From contig NC_092349.1 of assembly GCF_963676685.1 (NCBI RefSeq), positions 46,748,001 to 46,812,000 of the forward strand: a stretch of 64,000 nt of DNA. The letters are read 5' to 3'. Below the pieces are notes generated by a model. The model was not told the DNA's origin. It did not search any database and was given only the letters and a program-made list of their open reading frames with translations. The stretch is from Mytilus edulis (lineage: Eukaryota). Positions 50,401 to 63,501 of the stretch are shown here, piece by piece. Every line of letters starts with the position of its first letter. Within the stretch, counting starts at the first letter, position 1. The translations under genes were made by a program, and so were the position numbers.

Positions 50401-53400
50401 TTTCGGTACTGACATGATTTAACAAACTTTACTAAAATTGTCCGTTTATAAATTTATAAATTATTAAGAAACTAAGGTTTCAACTCCCTCAGGCAAAGTT
50501 GGCTTTAGATTAATTTGGCTAATTATTTTAGGTATTTTTTGACATTCAGCTCTTCAACGGTTTCGGTACTTATACATCTTCTCGGATTTCAAATGTTTGG
50601 CTTTGAGCGTTCCTGATGAAGGTAAATCCAGAAAAGCGCTTCGGACGCAAGAAATTAATAACGTGTTGTTTTCAATATTTTACATCACTGGGTCGATACC
50701 TCTGCTGGTGGACTATCAGTCCCCGAGGGTATCATCAGCTCGGTAGTCAGTATTTCGGTACTGACATGATTTAACAAACTTTACTAAAATTGTCCGTTTA
50801 TAAATTTATAAATTATTAAGAAACTAAGGTTTCAACTCCCTCAGGCAAAGTTGGCTTTAGATTAATTTGGCTAATTATTTTAGGTATTTTTTGACATTCA
50901 GCTCTTCAACGGTTTCGGTACTTATACATCTTCGGATTTCAAATGTTTGGCTTTGAGCGTTCCTGATGAAGGTAAATCCAGAAAAGCGCTTCGGACGCAA
51001 GAAATTAATAACGTGTTGTTTTCAATATTTTACATCACTGGGTCGATACCTCTGCTGGTGGACTATCAGTCCCCGAGGGTATCATCAGCTCGGTAGTCAG
51101 TATTTCGGTACTGACATGATTTAACAAACTTTACTAAAATTGTCCGTTTATAAATTTATAAATTATTAAGAAACTAAGGTTTCAACTCCCTCAGGCAAAG
51201 TTGGCTTTAGATTAATTTGGCTAATTATTTTAGGTATTTTTTGACATTCAGCTCTTCAACGGTTTCGGTACTTATACATCTTCGGATTTCAAATGTTTGG
51301 CTTTGAGCGTTCCTGATGAAGGTAAATCCAGAAAAGCGCTTCGGACGCAAGAAATTAATAACGTGTTGTTTTCAATATTTTACATCACTGGGTCGATACC
51401 TCTGCTGGTGGACTATCAGTCCCCGAGGGTATCATCAGCTCGGTAGTCAGTATTTCGGTACTGACATGATTTAACAAACTTTACTAAAATTGTCCGTTTA
51501 TAAATTTATAAATTATTAAGAAACTAAGGTTTCAACTCCCTCAGGCAAAGTTGGCTTTAGATTAATTTGGCTAATTATTTTAGGTATTTTTTGACATTCA
51601 GCTCTTCAACGGTTTCGGTACTTATACATCTTCGGATTTCAAATGTTTGGCTTTGAGCGTTCCTGATGAAGGTAAATCCAGCAAAAGCGCTTCGGACGCA
51701 AGAAATTAATAACGTGTTGTTTTCAATATTTTACATCACTGGGTCGATACCTCTGCTGGTGGACTATCAGTCCCCGAGGGTATCATCAGCTCGGTAGTCA
51801 GTATTTCGGTACTGACATGATTTAACAAACTTTACTAAAATTGTCCGTTTATAAATTTATAAATTATTAAGAAACTAAGGTTTCAACTCCCTCAGGCAAA
51901 GTTGGCTTTAGATTAATTTGGCTAATTATTTTAGGTATTTTTTGACATTCAGCTCTTCAACGGTTTCGGTACTTATACATCTTCGGATTTCAAATGTTTG
52001 GCTTTGAGCGTTCCTGATGAAGGTAAATCCAGAAAAGCGCTTCGGACGCAAGAAATTAATAACGTGTTGTTTTCAATATTTTACATCACTGGGTCGATAC
52101 CTCTGCTGGTGGACTATCAGTCCCCGAGGGTATCATCAGCTCGGTAGTCAGTATTTCGGTGCTGACATGATTTAACAAACTTTACTAAAATTGTCCGTTT
52201 ATAAATTTATAAATTATTAAGAAACTAAGGTTTCAACTCCCTCAGGCAAAGTTGGCTTTAGATTAATTTGGCTAATTATTTTAGGTATTTTTTGACATTC
52301 AGCTCTTCAACGGTTTCGGTACTTATACATCTTCGGATTTCAAATGTTTGGCTTTGAGCGTTCCTGATGAAGGTAAATCCAGAAAAGCGCTTCGGACGCA
52401 AGAAATTAATAACGTGTTGTTTTCAATATTTTACATCACTGGGTCGATACCTCTGCTGGTGGACTATCAGTCCCCGAGGGTATCATCAGCTCGGTAGTCA
52501 GTATTTCGGTACTGACATGATTTAACAAACTTTACTAAAATTGTCCGTTTATAAATTTATAAATTATTAAGAAACTAAGGTTTCAACTCCCTCAGGCAAA
52601 GTTGGCTTTAGATTAATTTGGCTAATTATTTTAGGTATTTTTTGACATTCAGCTCTTCAACGGTTTCGGTACTTATACATCTTCGGATTTCAAATGTTTG
52701 GCTTTGAGCGTTCCTGATGAAGGTAAATCCAGAAAAGCGCTTCGGACGCAAGAAATTAATAACGTGTTGTTTTCAACATTTTACATCACTGGGTCGATAC
52801 CTCTGCTGGTGGACTATCAGTCCCCGAGGGTATCATCAGCTCGGTAGTCAGTATTTCGGTACTGACATGATTTAACAAACTTTACTAAAATTGTCCGTTT
52901 ATAAATTTATAAATTATTAAGAAACTAAGGTTTCAACTCCCTCAGGCAAAGTTGGCTTTAGATTAATTTGGCTAATTATTTTAGGTATTTTTTGACATTC
53001 AGCTCTTCAACGGTTTCGGTACTTATACATCTTCGGATTTCAAATGTTTGGCTTTGAGCGTTCCTGATGAAGGTAAATCCAGAAAAGCGCTTCGGACGCA
53101 AGAAATTAATAACGTGTTGTTTTCAATATTTTACATCACTGGGTCGATACCTCTGCTGGTGGACTATCAGTCCCCGAGGGTATCATCAGCTCGGTAGTCA
53201 GTATTTCGGTACTGACATGATTTAACAAACTTTACTAAAATTGTCCGTTTATAAATTTATAAATTATTAAGAAACTAAGGTTTCAACTCCCTCAGGCAAA
53301 GTTGGCTTTAGATTAATTTGGCTAATTATTTTAGGTATTTTTTGACATTCAGCTCTTCAACGGTTTCGGTACTTATACATCTTCGGATTTCAAATGTTTG

Positions 53401-53481
53401 GCTTTGAGCGTTCCTGATGAAGGTAAATCCAGAAAAGCGCTTCGGACGCAAGAAATTAATAACGTGTTGTTTTCAATATTT
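47454..53481 (+). repeat. Tandem array of 17 near-identical 350-bp units, each with a hammerhead motif (non-LTR retrozyme array)
   Basis: GGACGCAAG follows a full hammerhead motif at 47808, 48158, 48508, 48858, 49209, 49591, 49941, 50291, 50643, 50993, 51343, 51694, 52044, 52394, 52744, 53094 and 53444. Confidence 0.95.
47772..47813 (+). ncRNA. Type I hammerhead ribozyme (first of 17 in the array)
   Basis: Stem I GCGTTC/GGACGC; CTGATGA; weak stem II A-GG-TAAAT-CC-A; GAAA; palindromic stem III AAGCGCTT; predicted cleavage after C47807. Confidence 0.85.
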
Positions 53482-53577
53482 CATGACCTTTGTATAAAAT
53501 TGGAGATTTCAAAATATCTGACTGAACGTTACAAAAATACATCCTTAGAATGTACAAACTTAAAAAAATATACTTAC

Positions 53578-53770
53578 TTCACATATTCTTTCGATTACAG
53601 CAGTCTTTGAACTTCAAACAATGAATAGTAGATACTTTTTGGCAAAGCAACTTTAACTAAATGAATTAACTGATCAAACTACTGTCAAAAACTAATCTCA
53701 AATGTTTCGCATGTTAGCAGTGAATTTAGTTCACTGTCATTACACCAGGTTGTCGTACTTTATATAAATG
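53578..53770 (-). promoter_or_regulatory. Candidate TATA promoter and non-coding first exon of the HEPN-STAND-ankyrin gene
   Basis: Minus-strand TATATAAAG near 53758-53766, initiator-like ACAGT about 30 nt downstream, and a GTAAGTA donor at 53577-53571. Motif-based inference only. Confidence 0.4.
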
Positions 53771-54229
53771 GAAAAAAAACTGTAGATTTTGAACTATATT
53801 TGTAAATAATATACGTGTTGATAACGCAATAAAGGATCGTATTGACCCAAGAACTGCCCTTTCAAATTTAAAAAAGATTAAAATACCTTTAAATGAATTG
53901 TATGAAAATTAAGATAATACTTTAGAAACCATGTGAGACATGTCGACAAGACGGCTTGTCAAACATATAAAAAGATATATAATATGAGAACAATGAACAA
54001 GAACAAAAACAATTATGTTTGATATGTATATGTTGTGTATAATATCGATTTCAGAATTTGATTTTCATATAATAATGTATTCGAAAGGAACGTTTCAGAA
54101 ACGTGTTTTGGGCTTTTTAACTTTTTTGGATTCGAGCGTCACTGGTGAGTCTTTTGTAGACGAAACGCGCGTCTGGCGTATATACTAATTTTAGTCCTGG
54201 TATCTATGATCAGTTAATCTACATAAATG

Positions 54230-54425
54230 ACACTTACATCAATGCAAATGACCTGATTATCATCCTTTTTATGAGTCTGATCAATCGATCCTTGCATTGC
54301 AAATTCACATCATTTAACATGTTTGAAGTATATTCCCCAGGACCAACAATTGTTATCTTGCAAAACCTCTTTATCAACAAAGAAGAGTATTGGATTCGCG
54401 AGCTTGAAACTGTGACACCCTATTT
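54230..54425 (+). mobile_element. Degenerate GIY-YIG C-terminal fragment of a Penelope-like element
   Basis: Reads DQSILALQIHII and KEEYWIRELETVTPY. Confidence 0.5.
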
Positions 54426-55659
54426 GTTGTAATCTAAAAAGTTGTTAACTGTACATATACCGAACAAATAGATAAACATCAATTATGTAAACGGTACACA
54501 ATCAAATAATAAAACTGTACAAACAAGAGGGGAAGAAGAATCAGTTGAATTAAAACGTTTGATACCAATGAAACTGAGTATAGATACAAATTTAAAACAC
54601 GTATATATAAACATGATAAATGTATAAAATACCCGTCTCATGTTAGATTGTATGATAAGGGTTATTTTTTAGCCTTTTCTGGTGTTGTCTAGTTTTGAGA
54701 AGTGATTTAAAACTTGTTATAATCTTATCATATATCTCAATTTATTTAATGATAGAGTTCAGCAAATCTCATTTGTAGGCAAACCATTATGACAATGTAC
54801 AAATTGCGTGGATCAATTAAATAGGAGGAGCATAAAATTCTTTTATTTCGGGTTGTTTATATACCTCATTGTGTGTTCAAAAGATTCCTCTGTTAGGCAA
54901 TAAAAATGAATTAAAAATACCGAACCCCAAAGGAAATTATAACAAATGGAAGTTCATAAAAACCGACTCAATTAACCAATCACTCGGCAATATTAAACAA
55001 CGACTTGAAACGATTCTCATATTCGGCCTTGGTGCAAATATCTTCTGATGTAAGACAGTTAGTATTTATGTAAACGCCCACTTTAAAAAAAAAAACACTA
55101 TTAGTTGATAAGAAAAAACAACAACAATGAAATTTTCGTGGAATGTACAATGATTTCTTTTCTTCGTTTCTCAAACTTAAAATATTTTTTGATCGAAAGT
55201 TCATAATTCCTTAAAAGCTTTGATGCTAATAACTAATATCGTATTTAAGACGAAGTAGTTCTTTCACATGACATTGGTAATTATTTTTTAAATTGAAAAC
55301 ATATGGCGGATTCAAATTACTCGTCTTAGTGCAAATAATTGTTTACAATCCTGTCCGATAATATATATCTACTCTAGTCATCTACAGTAGTTGAAAAGAG
55401 AAAAAAACTAATGATTTTTCTTAAATGTATACTGACAAAAACACCAGTGACGTTCCAATCAAGACAGTAAATAGACAGAACAAAAATACGAAGTTTGATA
55501 AGGAGCATTATGGAATGTATCACCTTTTTTTTTTAAACTTCTTACGAATAACACATTATTGTCGGTAACTTATGATTCCTTGATAACTACCATCTGAATT
55601 ATTACCGTATTTGAATACTAGTAATTCCTCTATGTCATACAATATGTTCATAATGACAG

Positions 55660-56130
55660 GGAAGGGTTTGGTACCCGCTAACATGTTGAATCCCATCACA
55701 TTTTGTATTTGACTGTCCCAAGTCAGGAGCCTGTTATACAGTGGTTGTCGTTTGTTTATGTGTTACATATATTTGTTTTTCGATCATACTTTTACATAAA
55801 TAAGGCCGTTATTTTTCTCGTTTGAATTGTTTTACATTGTCTTATCGGGGCCTTTTATAGCTCACTATGCGGTATGGGTTTTGCTCATTGTTGAAGGCCG
55901 TATCGTTTGTTGCTGTGTTGTTACATAATTGTTTTTCGTTCATTATACATTAATTAGGCCTTTAGTTGTCTCGTTTGAATTGTTTTACATTTTTGTTTCG
56001 GTGCCTTTTATAGCTGATTTTGCAATATGGGAATTTTTCATTGTTGAAGGCCATTGGTTAAACTCCGTATCACTCGGTCTCTTTTGAAGGGTTGTCTCAT
56101 TGGCAATCAAACCACATCTTATTTTCATAT
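55660..56130 (+). repeat. Dispersed repeat with an internal tandem duplication
   Basis: Homologous to 22100-22410; TCTCGTTTGAATTGTTTTACATT...CATTGTTGAAGGCC occurs twice, about 150 bp apart. Confidence 0.65.
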
Positions 56131-57740
56131 AAGTACAACATATTTGTACAAATACTCAAACACAGAATTATCATTTAATTTACATTAACTTTCATTTCAG
56201 CACAGCATTCATGGTACATCTTTTTTTATAGAAAAAATAGTTACGTCTTGATTTTCAATGAATTGAAAAAAATTATTGTAGGGTTAATGTTTATGAGAAG
56301 GCAATCTATTTGCCAACAATAGACAAATTTCTTTTATAGTCTGCCATGGTTTCAGCTGCCTTTTAAGGGCTTTTGTGACTTTAGTGTGATAATAAAACCG
56401 AACCTTTGTTACTACTAGATCAACATAATAGGACTTAATCAGTCATGACATGGGCTTACATACATGAGGTATAAAACATGTTGAATTTGTACTTTCATTT
56501 TATTTTCAGGATTCAATAAGTATACATTAGAATAACAGTCAATATTTACATCGAATATAATTAGAATGAGGCAAAATTGTTTCATTCCGACGCATGTAGT
56601 GTTTATGTATTCATTGTCTCAAGAGCTTTTATCAGAAAATAAAAATTAAACAGTAAAACAATGCAAGCAGATTTAGTACCAGTAACAAGATGGCAGACGT
56701 ATCTGGTAGAATAAAAACAAAATTAAGGCAATGACAATTTGCTAGAATATATTTTTGAAAAACAATCAATGCTGATAAAATTTAAGCTACAACAAACACA
56801 TTTGCATGCAGACATTCCTATTCCAATCTAATATCAATTTTTAAATTGATTACATATTCTTTTTTTCTTTTTCTTTCTATGGTTGTCAGACGGTGTGTTT
56901 CATTTCATTGGTGCAGCCAATCGAAAAGATGTTTTTTTCTCTTAAAGTTGTATTTATTGTTTTAATTTGCAATTACTTAACATACGTTAGATTATACTTT
57001 ACGTTTAGTGAACGTCGTCGTCGTTTTCATGCGTCTAGCTTGTTTATACGACTTCCTTAATTAAAAACTATGTAGACAATTCATATTCATAATCACAAGC
57101 GTAAACAAATGTAGAGATTAAAACGGCAAGCGAAAAATATCTAACAATTTTAAATGAAATCAAAATAATCGGTAAGACATTTTGCGATGGACCACACAAT
57201 AGTGATATCCCTGGTAGTTTAACAAAAGTAACGGAAATAGTATTTGGCTTAGTTACGTCAAAAACATGTTAAGTTAGCATTTGGCCTAGGATTAAATGAA
57301 TATGTTGACATCCCTCCTCTAAGAATGTTTTTCTCTCTATCTGTCAAAGAAATATGGTAAGACAAATATATCTCATTTTGAGTTGATACAACTTGTGAAT
57401 ACTTATGTCAGCACTTCTGTAATGACATGAATTATCATTGATCTGGTCATAACTATAAATTAACTGTTGATAAAATTTTGGAAATTTTAAATATTAAGAC
57501 TTTTATACTTTAGGAAAAGATTACCGTAGCTGTATTTGGCAAACCTTTTAGGAATTTTGGTTCTCAATGCTATATATTCACTTTCGTACTTTATTTCAAC
57601 TTTTTAACTTTGTTTTTTTTAGAAAACATCGTCACAATGAGTCTTTTGTAGACGCAACTACTGGTATCTATAATGAGTTTATTTAATGGGTCGTCTGTAC
57701 TAGTCATATTTAGTACCGCCGATTTACCAGCATAATGTAA

Positions 57741-58888
57741 CTATCCGAATTTCACAAAAAAGATATATGTAATAATCGAAATAAATATAAGTACATATGA
57801 GAAAGTACAAAACAATATGTCTAAAACTTTTGCAACGTCTTTCCCATGAAACTTCTTACTTTCCAGTGGTCTGCCATTCTCCCAGTTGCAACATAAATTA
57901 AAAAAGATCTCAAAAGAAGAATTATGGTCAAAGGTCTCAACATAATGGCATCTTGCACTGAGTATAACTCCAATGATGATAAAGCCACTTATTGTAATAA
58001 TAGAGAATATCATACACAGCAGAAAACACATTGGACTTGATGATGTCGGTAGGACGTTCGCAACAATAGTAAGAAAAAATGCAAATGTTAGGAGTACCGT
58101 TATCGCAAGTCCCATTCTTTCGCCAGATTCTATTGGAAATGTGAATACTAACGGATTTAGTAAACATAGCAAAAGTATAGGTAAAATAATGATGACGATG
58201 AAGTATAGAGGTTTCCTCTGTATACATATATCTATGTTGTATGTATACACTCCGTTTTCTTCGACAATGTATGCTTTATGGTTCGCAAGATTCCAATGTG
58301 CATTTGGGGTAAAGAATTCCATCAAAAGTTCATCCGAATTAGATATGAGCTTGAAAGCAGATCCAGCACTCCACATAATGAATTTTAGTGTGCATGTTTG
58401 AACATCAAATGGGAATTTAGACATATCCGTAGGACAGTTTGATTTTATTATCGCTCCGGGTGCATCTGTCACACTTCCATTCGGACAAATCGATGCGAGA
58501 AAAGGGGCGTCTTTTCCAATTGGTTCAAAGTCGTCTACACTATTAAGAACATAAACCCATGGGATCCAAATGTCAGCAGAGGGGATACGTAGAATGTCCG
58601 TGTTTCCATAGTCCTTTGGATTCCACGTTAATGATGGGTCTGTCCAATTCATTCTCAAAGCGACTACTATTGTTAACACCTCGTTCACGTCATTAAAATC
58701 GTTTATCATTTTTAACCATAGTGATAGTCCTACTTCTAACGGTTTTGTACTGTTTTCGCGTGGAAATAGTTGTTTCTGGTATCCTGTAAGTAGTTTTTCA
58801 TAAAGTCTTTTTGAATCATCAAATGTTTCAGATCTGTGTTTATTTGTACGAACAGTGAAATAAACATTGTTAAATATAGAACATCCAT
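57741..58888 (-). CDS. Intronless Cys-loop ligand-gated ion channel subunit (nAChR-like, non-alpha); apparent frameshift after the signal peptide
   Basis: WTDPSLTW, IWIP, Cys-loop CPTDMSKFPFDVQTC, four TM helices, M2 entry SGER. The frame extends upstream of 58709 (SETFDDSKRLYEKLLTGY..FPREN). Signal peptide MDVLYLTMFISLFVQIN starts at 58888 in another frame and joins by removing 2 nt at 58835-58839. Confidence 0.9.
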
Positions 58889-61289
58889 TGCAATGAATAT
58901 ATTGTTCAGTTTATATGATAAGACTTGTATGATCTTGTATCACATTTACAATAAAGAGATTTGGTATGATTGTCAATGAGACAACTGTCTAACATCGTCC
59001 AAATGACCTCGACTAAAGCAACTCAAGGGTGGTTACTATGCTATAGTCTACTTTAACTGGAAAGTGAATGAACAACCTCGGGATAATGTTTTTCTACAGA
59101 TATCAGATAAGCAAATTACTTAAACATGTTCCTAGTCGATAATAAATATAATGTTGGCGTTGCAATGTTTGTTATTTTGAGTTTTTATGATTAGATCTAT
59201 AATGTAAAGAATAAAATAATTCGTTTTCTTTTTAAGGAAGATTTTTCAAATAAAATGCCAATAACATTATTAAATTTATGTATAGATTTAATTTTGTGTC
59301 TGATGAGATATTTGTCAGTAGATTTAAATAAATTAATATAACCAATTAAAACTAAACTTGATTAATCTACATTGATCTAAAAAGAAATTAAGAGTAAGAA
59401 GGCGCAGCGTATGTAGGTTAGGTTAGAACAAGATTAAAACTGACATTGTGGGAATGATTTATAGGACGATGTCTTTTAATATATTGCTTCATATAGCATC
59501 ATTGTCAATGACATTATTCTATGCAATTACTAAAGAAAGTATAGAAATACCGAAGTATACGTAGGTTTTATCCTTATTCGTGTATTGCAATCTTTTATAT
59601 TAAAAACAGAATTTATGCATAAATTTTACTTCTATAGAATAACAAGTCGTAGATGATGTTTATACATCGATGGACCTAAAAGGGATACTGATACTGATAG
59701 GTTTCATATTTAGTGTTTGATTCGAGAATATTTGTTTAAAGAAGATAAACAGCTCATATGTCGAATCAATAGTTATCAAAGGTACTAGGATTGAATTTTG
59801 TAAGCTAGTCGCGCGTTTCGTCTACATAAAACTCATCGGTGTATTTGCACAAAACCAATTGACAAGAATGTCTCTTTTTATTACTAGAAAACATGCAATT
59901 GTAAAAAAGCTACACACATTAATTTTGATTATGCTAAGTTTCAATGTCTTTTGAATTCACTATTGTCCAATTTAAGATGTTAAACGATGTAGACGATAAT
60001 ATACAGTGGTGATAAGCACTGTTTAAGACAATTCCTTTGTTGTAGAACATGCAAATATGGCGGTAATTTACCGTTGTTATGTATCAAGCAAGATTTGCTG
60101 ATCAATGTGATGTTCATTAAACCCATGAAGGACTTATATGATTCGCAAAAATTTCTTCCTTGTCGAATGATATATGTTTTTGTATGTGGGATTATAGGAG
60201 TGCTCATTAATTCCAAATGCATTTACAAATTACTCATAGTAGTACATTTACATACAAAACCGATATTTAAAGATTTGTCCGCAGGAACAACAGCATATTT
60301 ATCGTGCAGAGATAATACACTTCAAAGCTTCTTAATTTGTCTCTGAAAACGAACGTTGGTCGAGCATTCACACAGCTCATATCCAACTAAGTTAGACAAC
60401 ACGTGACTTTTGTGACGTATTCTGGCGGCCATTTTGTATTATATTTCCCCATATAAAATGCATAGATGCTTCAATAAAGTTTAATTTTCTCATAAAACTG
60501 ACCAGTTTTCTAAGTTTTGCAAATCAATCCTTGATATTCAAACATATTTCTATCAAACAATGTTGTTCCTAACAGTTTAAATTTTGATTAAAGTCCATCA
60601 TTTTAGACTTGTAAAAACATGCACTTTTCCCGTCATTTCTTCGTTGCCTCCATGCTAAATTACCGATACTCCTACTTGTACAACAAATAAAGAAATTCTG
60701 TACATTAAAAACAAATTTTGCAAATCGATTAAGTATATTAAAACATATATCTGGCGAAAAATACTACTTAAAACAGTTTAATTTCAAGTCAAAGTCGGTC
60801 AAATATCGATTTAAAAAATGGAATTTTTCGGGATTTTTCAAAATGGCGGATGATGAATATCCCATAATATGGAAATGTTGCATCAAATAAAGGATTTGTA
60901 TAGTAAGACTTTCCTAGATTATATTAATATTTTCATGCAGAATCTCTGATGTTTCTGTTCTTTTCTTTGGTAATATTTCAAAATGATTGATTTCAAAATT
61001 TCTTGATTAAAAAAAATACTTTAAGTGTGACACGGGAACATTTATTTGACAGATATCCAGGATATACTGTTACCAGAAAATAGTTTACAATAAAATTAAA
61101 ATAATTTTTTTCTCTTCTTTTTTTAAAGGTGTTTTTCTGTATATTTTACCTTTCTTTAGAAATATATTTATACATCCCTTTTAGAACAAAAAATGTTTTC
61201 ATCCCATGAGAAAAAAAACAATGCCCGAAAATTAATATAGATAAATATTCTATTCTATACCTTTAAAATTTCATTCCTTTACAGAACAG

Positions 61290-61650
61290 GTGAACTCTGA
61301 ATTGGGTTGTAATGCTTTTCTACATTGGCTAGAGGTATAGGGGGAGGGTTGAGATCTCATAAACATGTTTAACCCCGCCGCAATTTTGCGCCTGTCCCAA
61401 GTCAGGAGCCTCTGGCCTTTGTTAGTCTTGTATGATTTTAATTTTTAGTTTCTAGTGTATAATTCGGAGTTTAGTATGACGTTTATTATCACTGTACTAT
61501 TATGCATATTTTAGGGGCCAGCTGAAGGACACCTACGGATGCGGGAATTCTCGCTACATTGAAGACCCATTGGTTGCCTTCGGCTGTTGTTTGCTCTATG
61601 GTCGGGTGGTTGTCGCTTTGACATATTCACCATTTCCTTTCTCAATTTTA
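61290..61650 (+). repeat. Dispersed repeat, TGTCCCAAGTCAGGAGCC family, well-preserved copy
   Basis: Homologous to the reverse complement of 1480-1745. Confidence 0.65.
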
Positions 61651-63300
61651 TTACATAACAATATAGTGTCAGGTAGACGTGCAAACCAAAAGCAACCAGG
61701 TCACATTAAACATCCTGTGTGTACATGTATTACCAGAGTTTAAATTTTGCGATATACAAAAGTTTTCATAAATGTACAAACTTTCTCTCTTAATTTCCCG
61801 TTTCAAATCAGAAGAAGTATCTATCATAATAAACTTTAAGAAAATATGAATATTATGAAAATGTCTTTAAAAAAATGATTTTTTGCTTAAAACATTTTAA
61901 AAGATTTTCAAATATTTTTATTTTTCCATAATTATTTTAAAGAAATATTATGATACAAATTTTAATTCAAATGGATTTCTATTTTATTTTATAGGAAATT
62001 CAACGAGATTTTATTGCATATGATTAATTTTTTTTTTTAATTCAATGTTTTAAGCTAACTCCAGGCATTCAATGAATCGATATAAATTTAGCATTTGTAA
62101 AAAATATTTTATTGTTTACATTTCAACAGAGACCTATAAAAGTCATTATATGTTTTCAAGGGGGGGGGGGGTTCGTCCGAACCCCTCGAACCCCCCCCCC
62201 CCCCCCCCCTTGGCTACGTGTATGATTGTATACCCTTTAATATCTATCGACAGAGTTATCGGTCCTGAATAGGACTGATATATTCGGGTATGAGTTTTTC
62301 AGCTTATGAATTCGAAGTTTTATCAGAGACCTGATTGTGTTCATCCGTGAATTCTGACAATGTATCTAGTTCATCTTCTTTAATATAGATTTTTTTATGA
62401 TATCTCACGACAGTATAACGATTGAATTTTTTTTTAATGTATATTTTTATTATGTCATTGTATTATGTATAATCAGTTTAAGACACAATAATAAAATAAA
62501 TTCATTATTATTTTTATTTATATGTAGAATTACATATATATCCTGAATCCAAGATCACACATTCAGTTAAAAAGTTTGGACATGGCACTCTCGGAGCGGC
62601 TTTTTACCACAGAACACCACAGAATACCACAGAAAATTGAAATATTTACTTTCATAATCATAACATGCATAAATGTATATTGATGATCTTGTTTATTGTT
62701 TTTTCCCCTTATTTTTTAATTTTGTGTGACATGCTATAAAATGACAATAAAAGATATGAATAATTGAATTTTTATTATCAGAGACATATATTGTATTATA
62801 TGTCTCTGTTTATATTATGTCTTTTTTTGAACGTAATCGTACCAAGTGCCATATATTTGTGGTGCTCCTACACGTAGGAGAATGTGAATAGCAGTAAACA
62901 TGGCAATATCGACATCATGATGATACTTGTTTCTTTTCCCTATACATAACATAACAGCGGGAAATCATTTACAAAAGAAATATTATACTCCCCAGGAAAC
63001 ACAGATAGTCAGTGAGATACCACATCATGTGGTATTTGATATCTTTGGATAATCCAGGTTTGGGTCTTCTTAGAATACGACACACTTTTATCAAAGTCCG
63101 TAGTTTTTTAGTAATGAAAATTCGTATAACGATAATCAGAAAATGCAAGCAATGGAAATCTACACTTAATGATCAATGTTGTAGAGTCCAGGGCTTCCAA
63201 AAAATATTTGAGCCAGCCGAACATTTTATATCTCATCCCGATTTTAATCCCTTAAGACTAAGTCACAAAAGGTAATTATGGCAATCAGATGGCCATTCCA

Positions 63301-63501
63301 GAGGGAGGGTAGGAGGGGTCCTGATCCCGAAATCCCGGGGTTAAAAACACCTGATCCCAAAATCCCGGGCTTAAATACACGAAATCCCGAGGTCCCGAAA
63401 TTCGAAAAAAAGAATTCCCGGATCCCAAAAGGGTTAATCCCGAAATACCGAGCTTAAAAACACCCGATCCCGGAGTCCTGATAAAGGTCCTATACCCCCT
63501 C
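63301..63501. mobile_element. GC-rich 201-bp insertion with a 6-bp target-site duplication
   Basis: ATTCCA on both sides (63295-63300, 63502-63507); imperfect TIR GAGGGAGGGTAGGA/TCCTATACCCCCTC; internal ATCCCG(A/G) subrepeats. Confidence 0.75.

Noticed and set aside
47454-53481. CRISPR array or plain satellite DNA
   Set aside because: No unique spacers or cas genes and a eukaryotic context; the unit carries a hammerhead and is homologous to dispersed monomers.
54134-54180. Active hammerheads at 54134, 8043, 9990, 3350, 45590, 57630 and 59795
   Set aside because: Same family, but each has core or stem mutations (e.g. CTGGTGA, ATGGCGA, CCGATGA); treated as decayed copies.
62160-62220. G-run/C-run hairpin or G-quadruplex element
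   Set aside because: Looks like the truncated end of a common small repeat; homopolymer lengths are unreliable and there is no other support.
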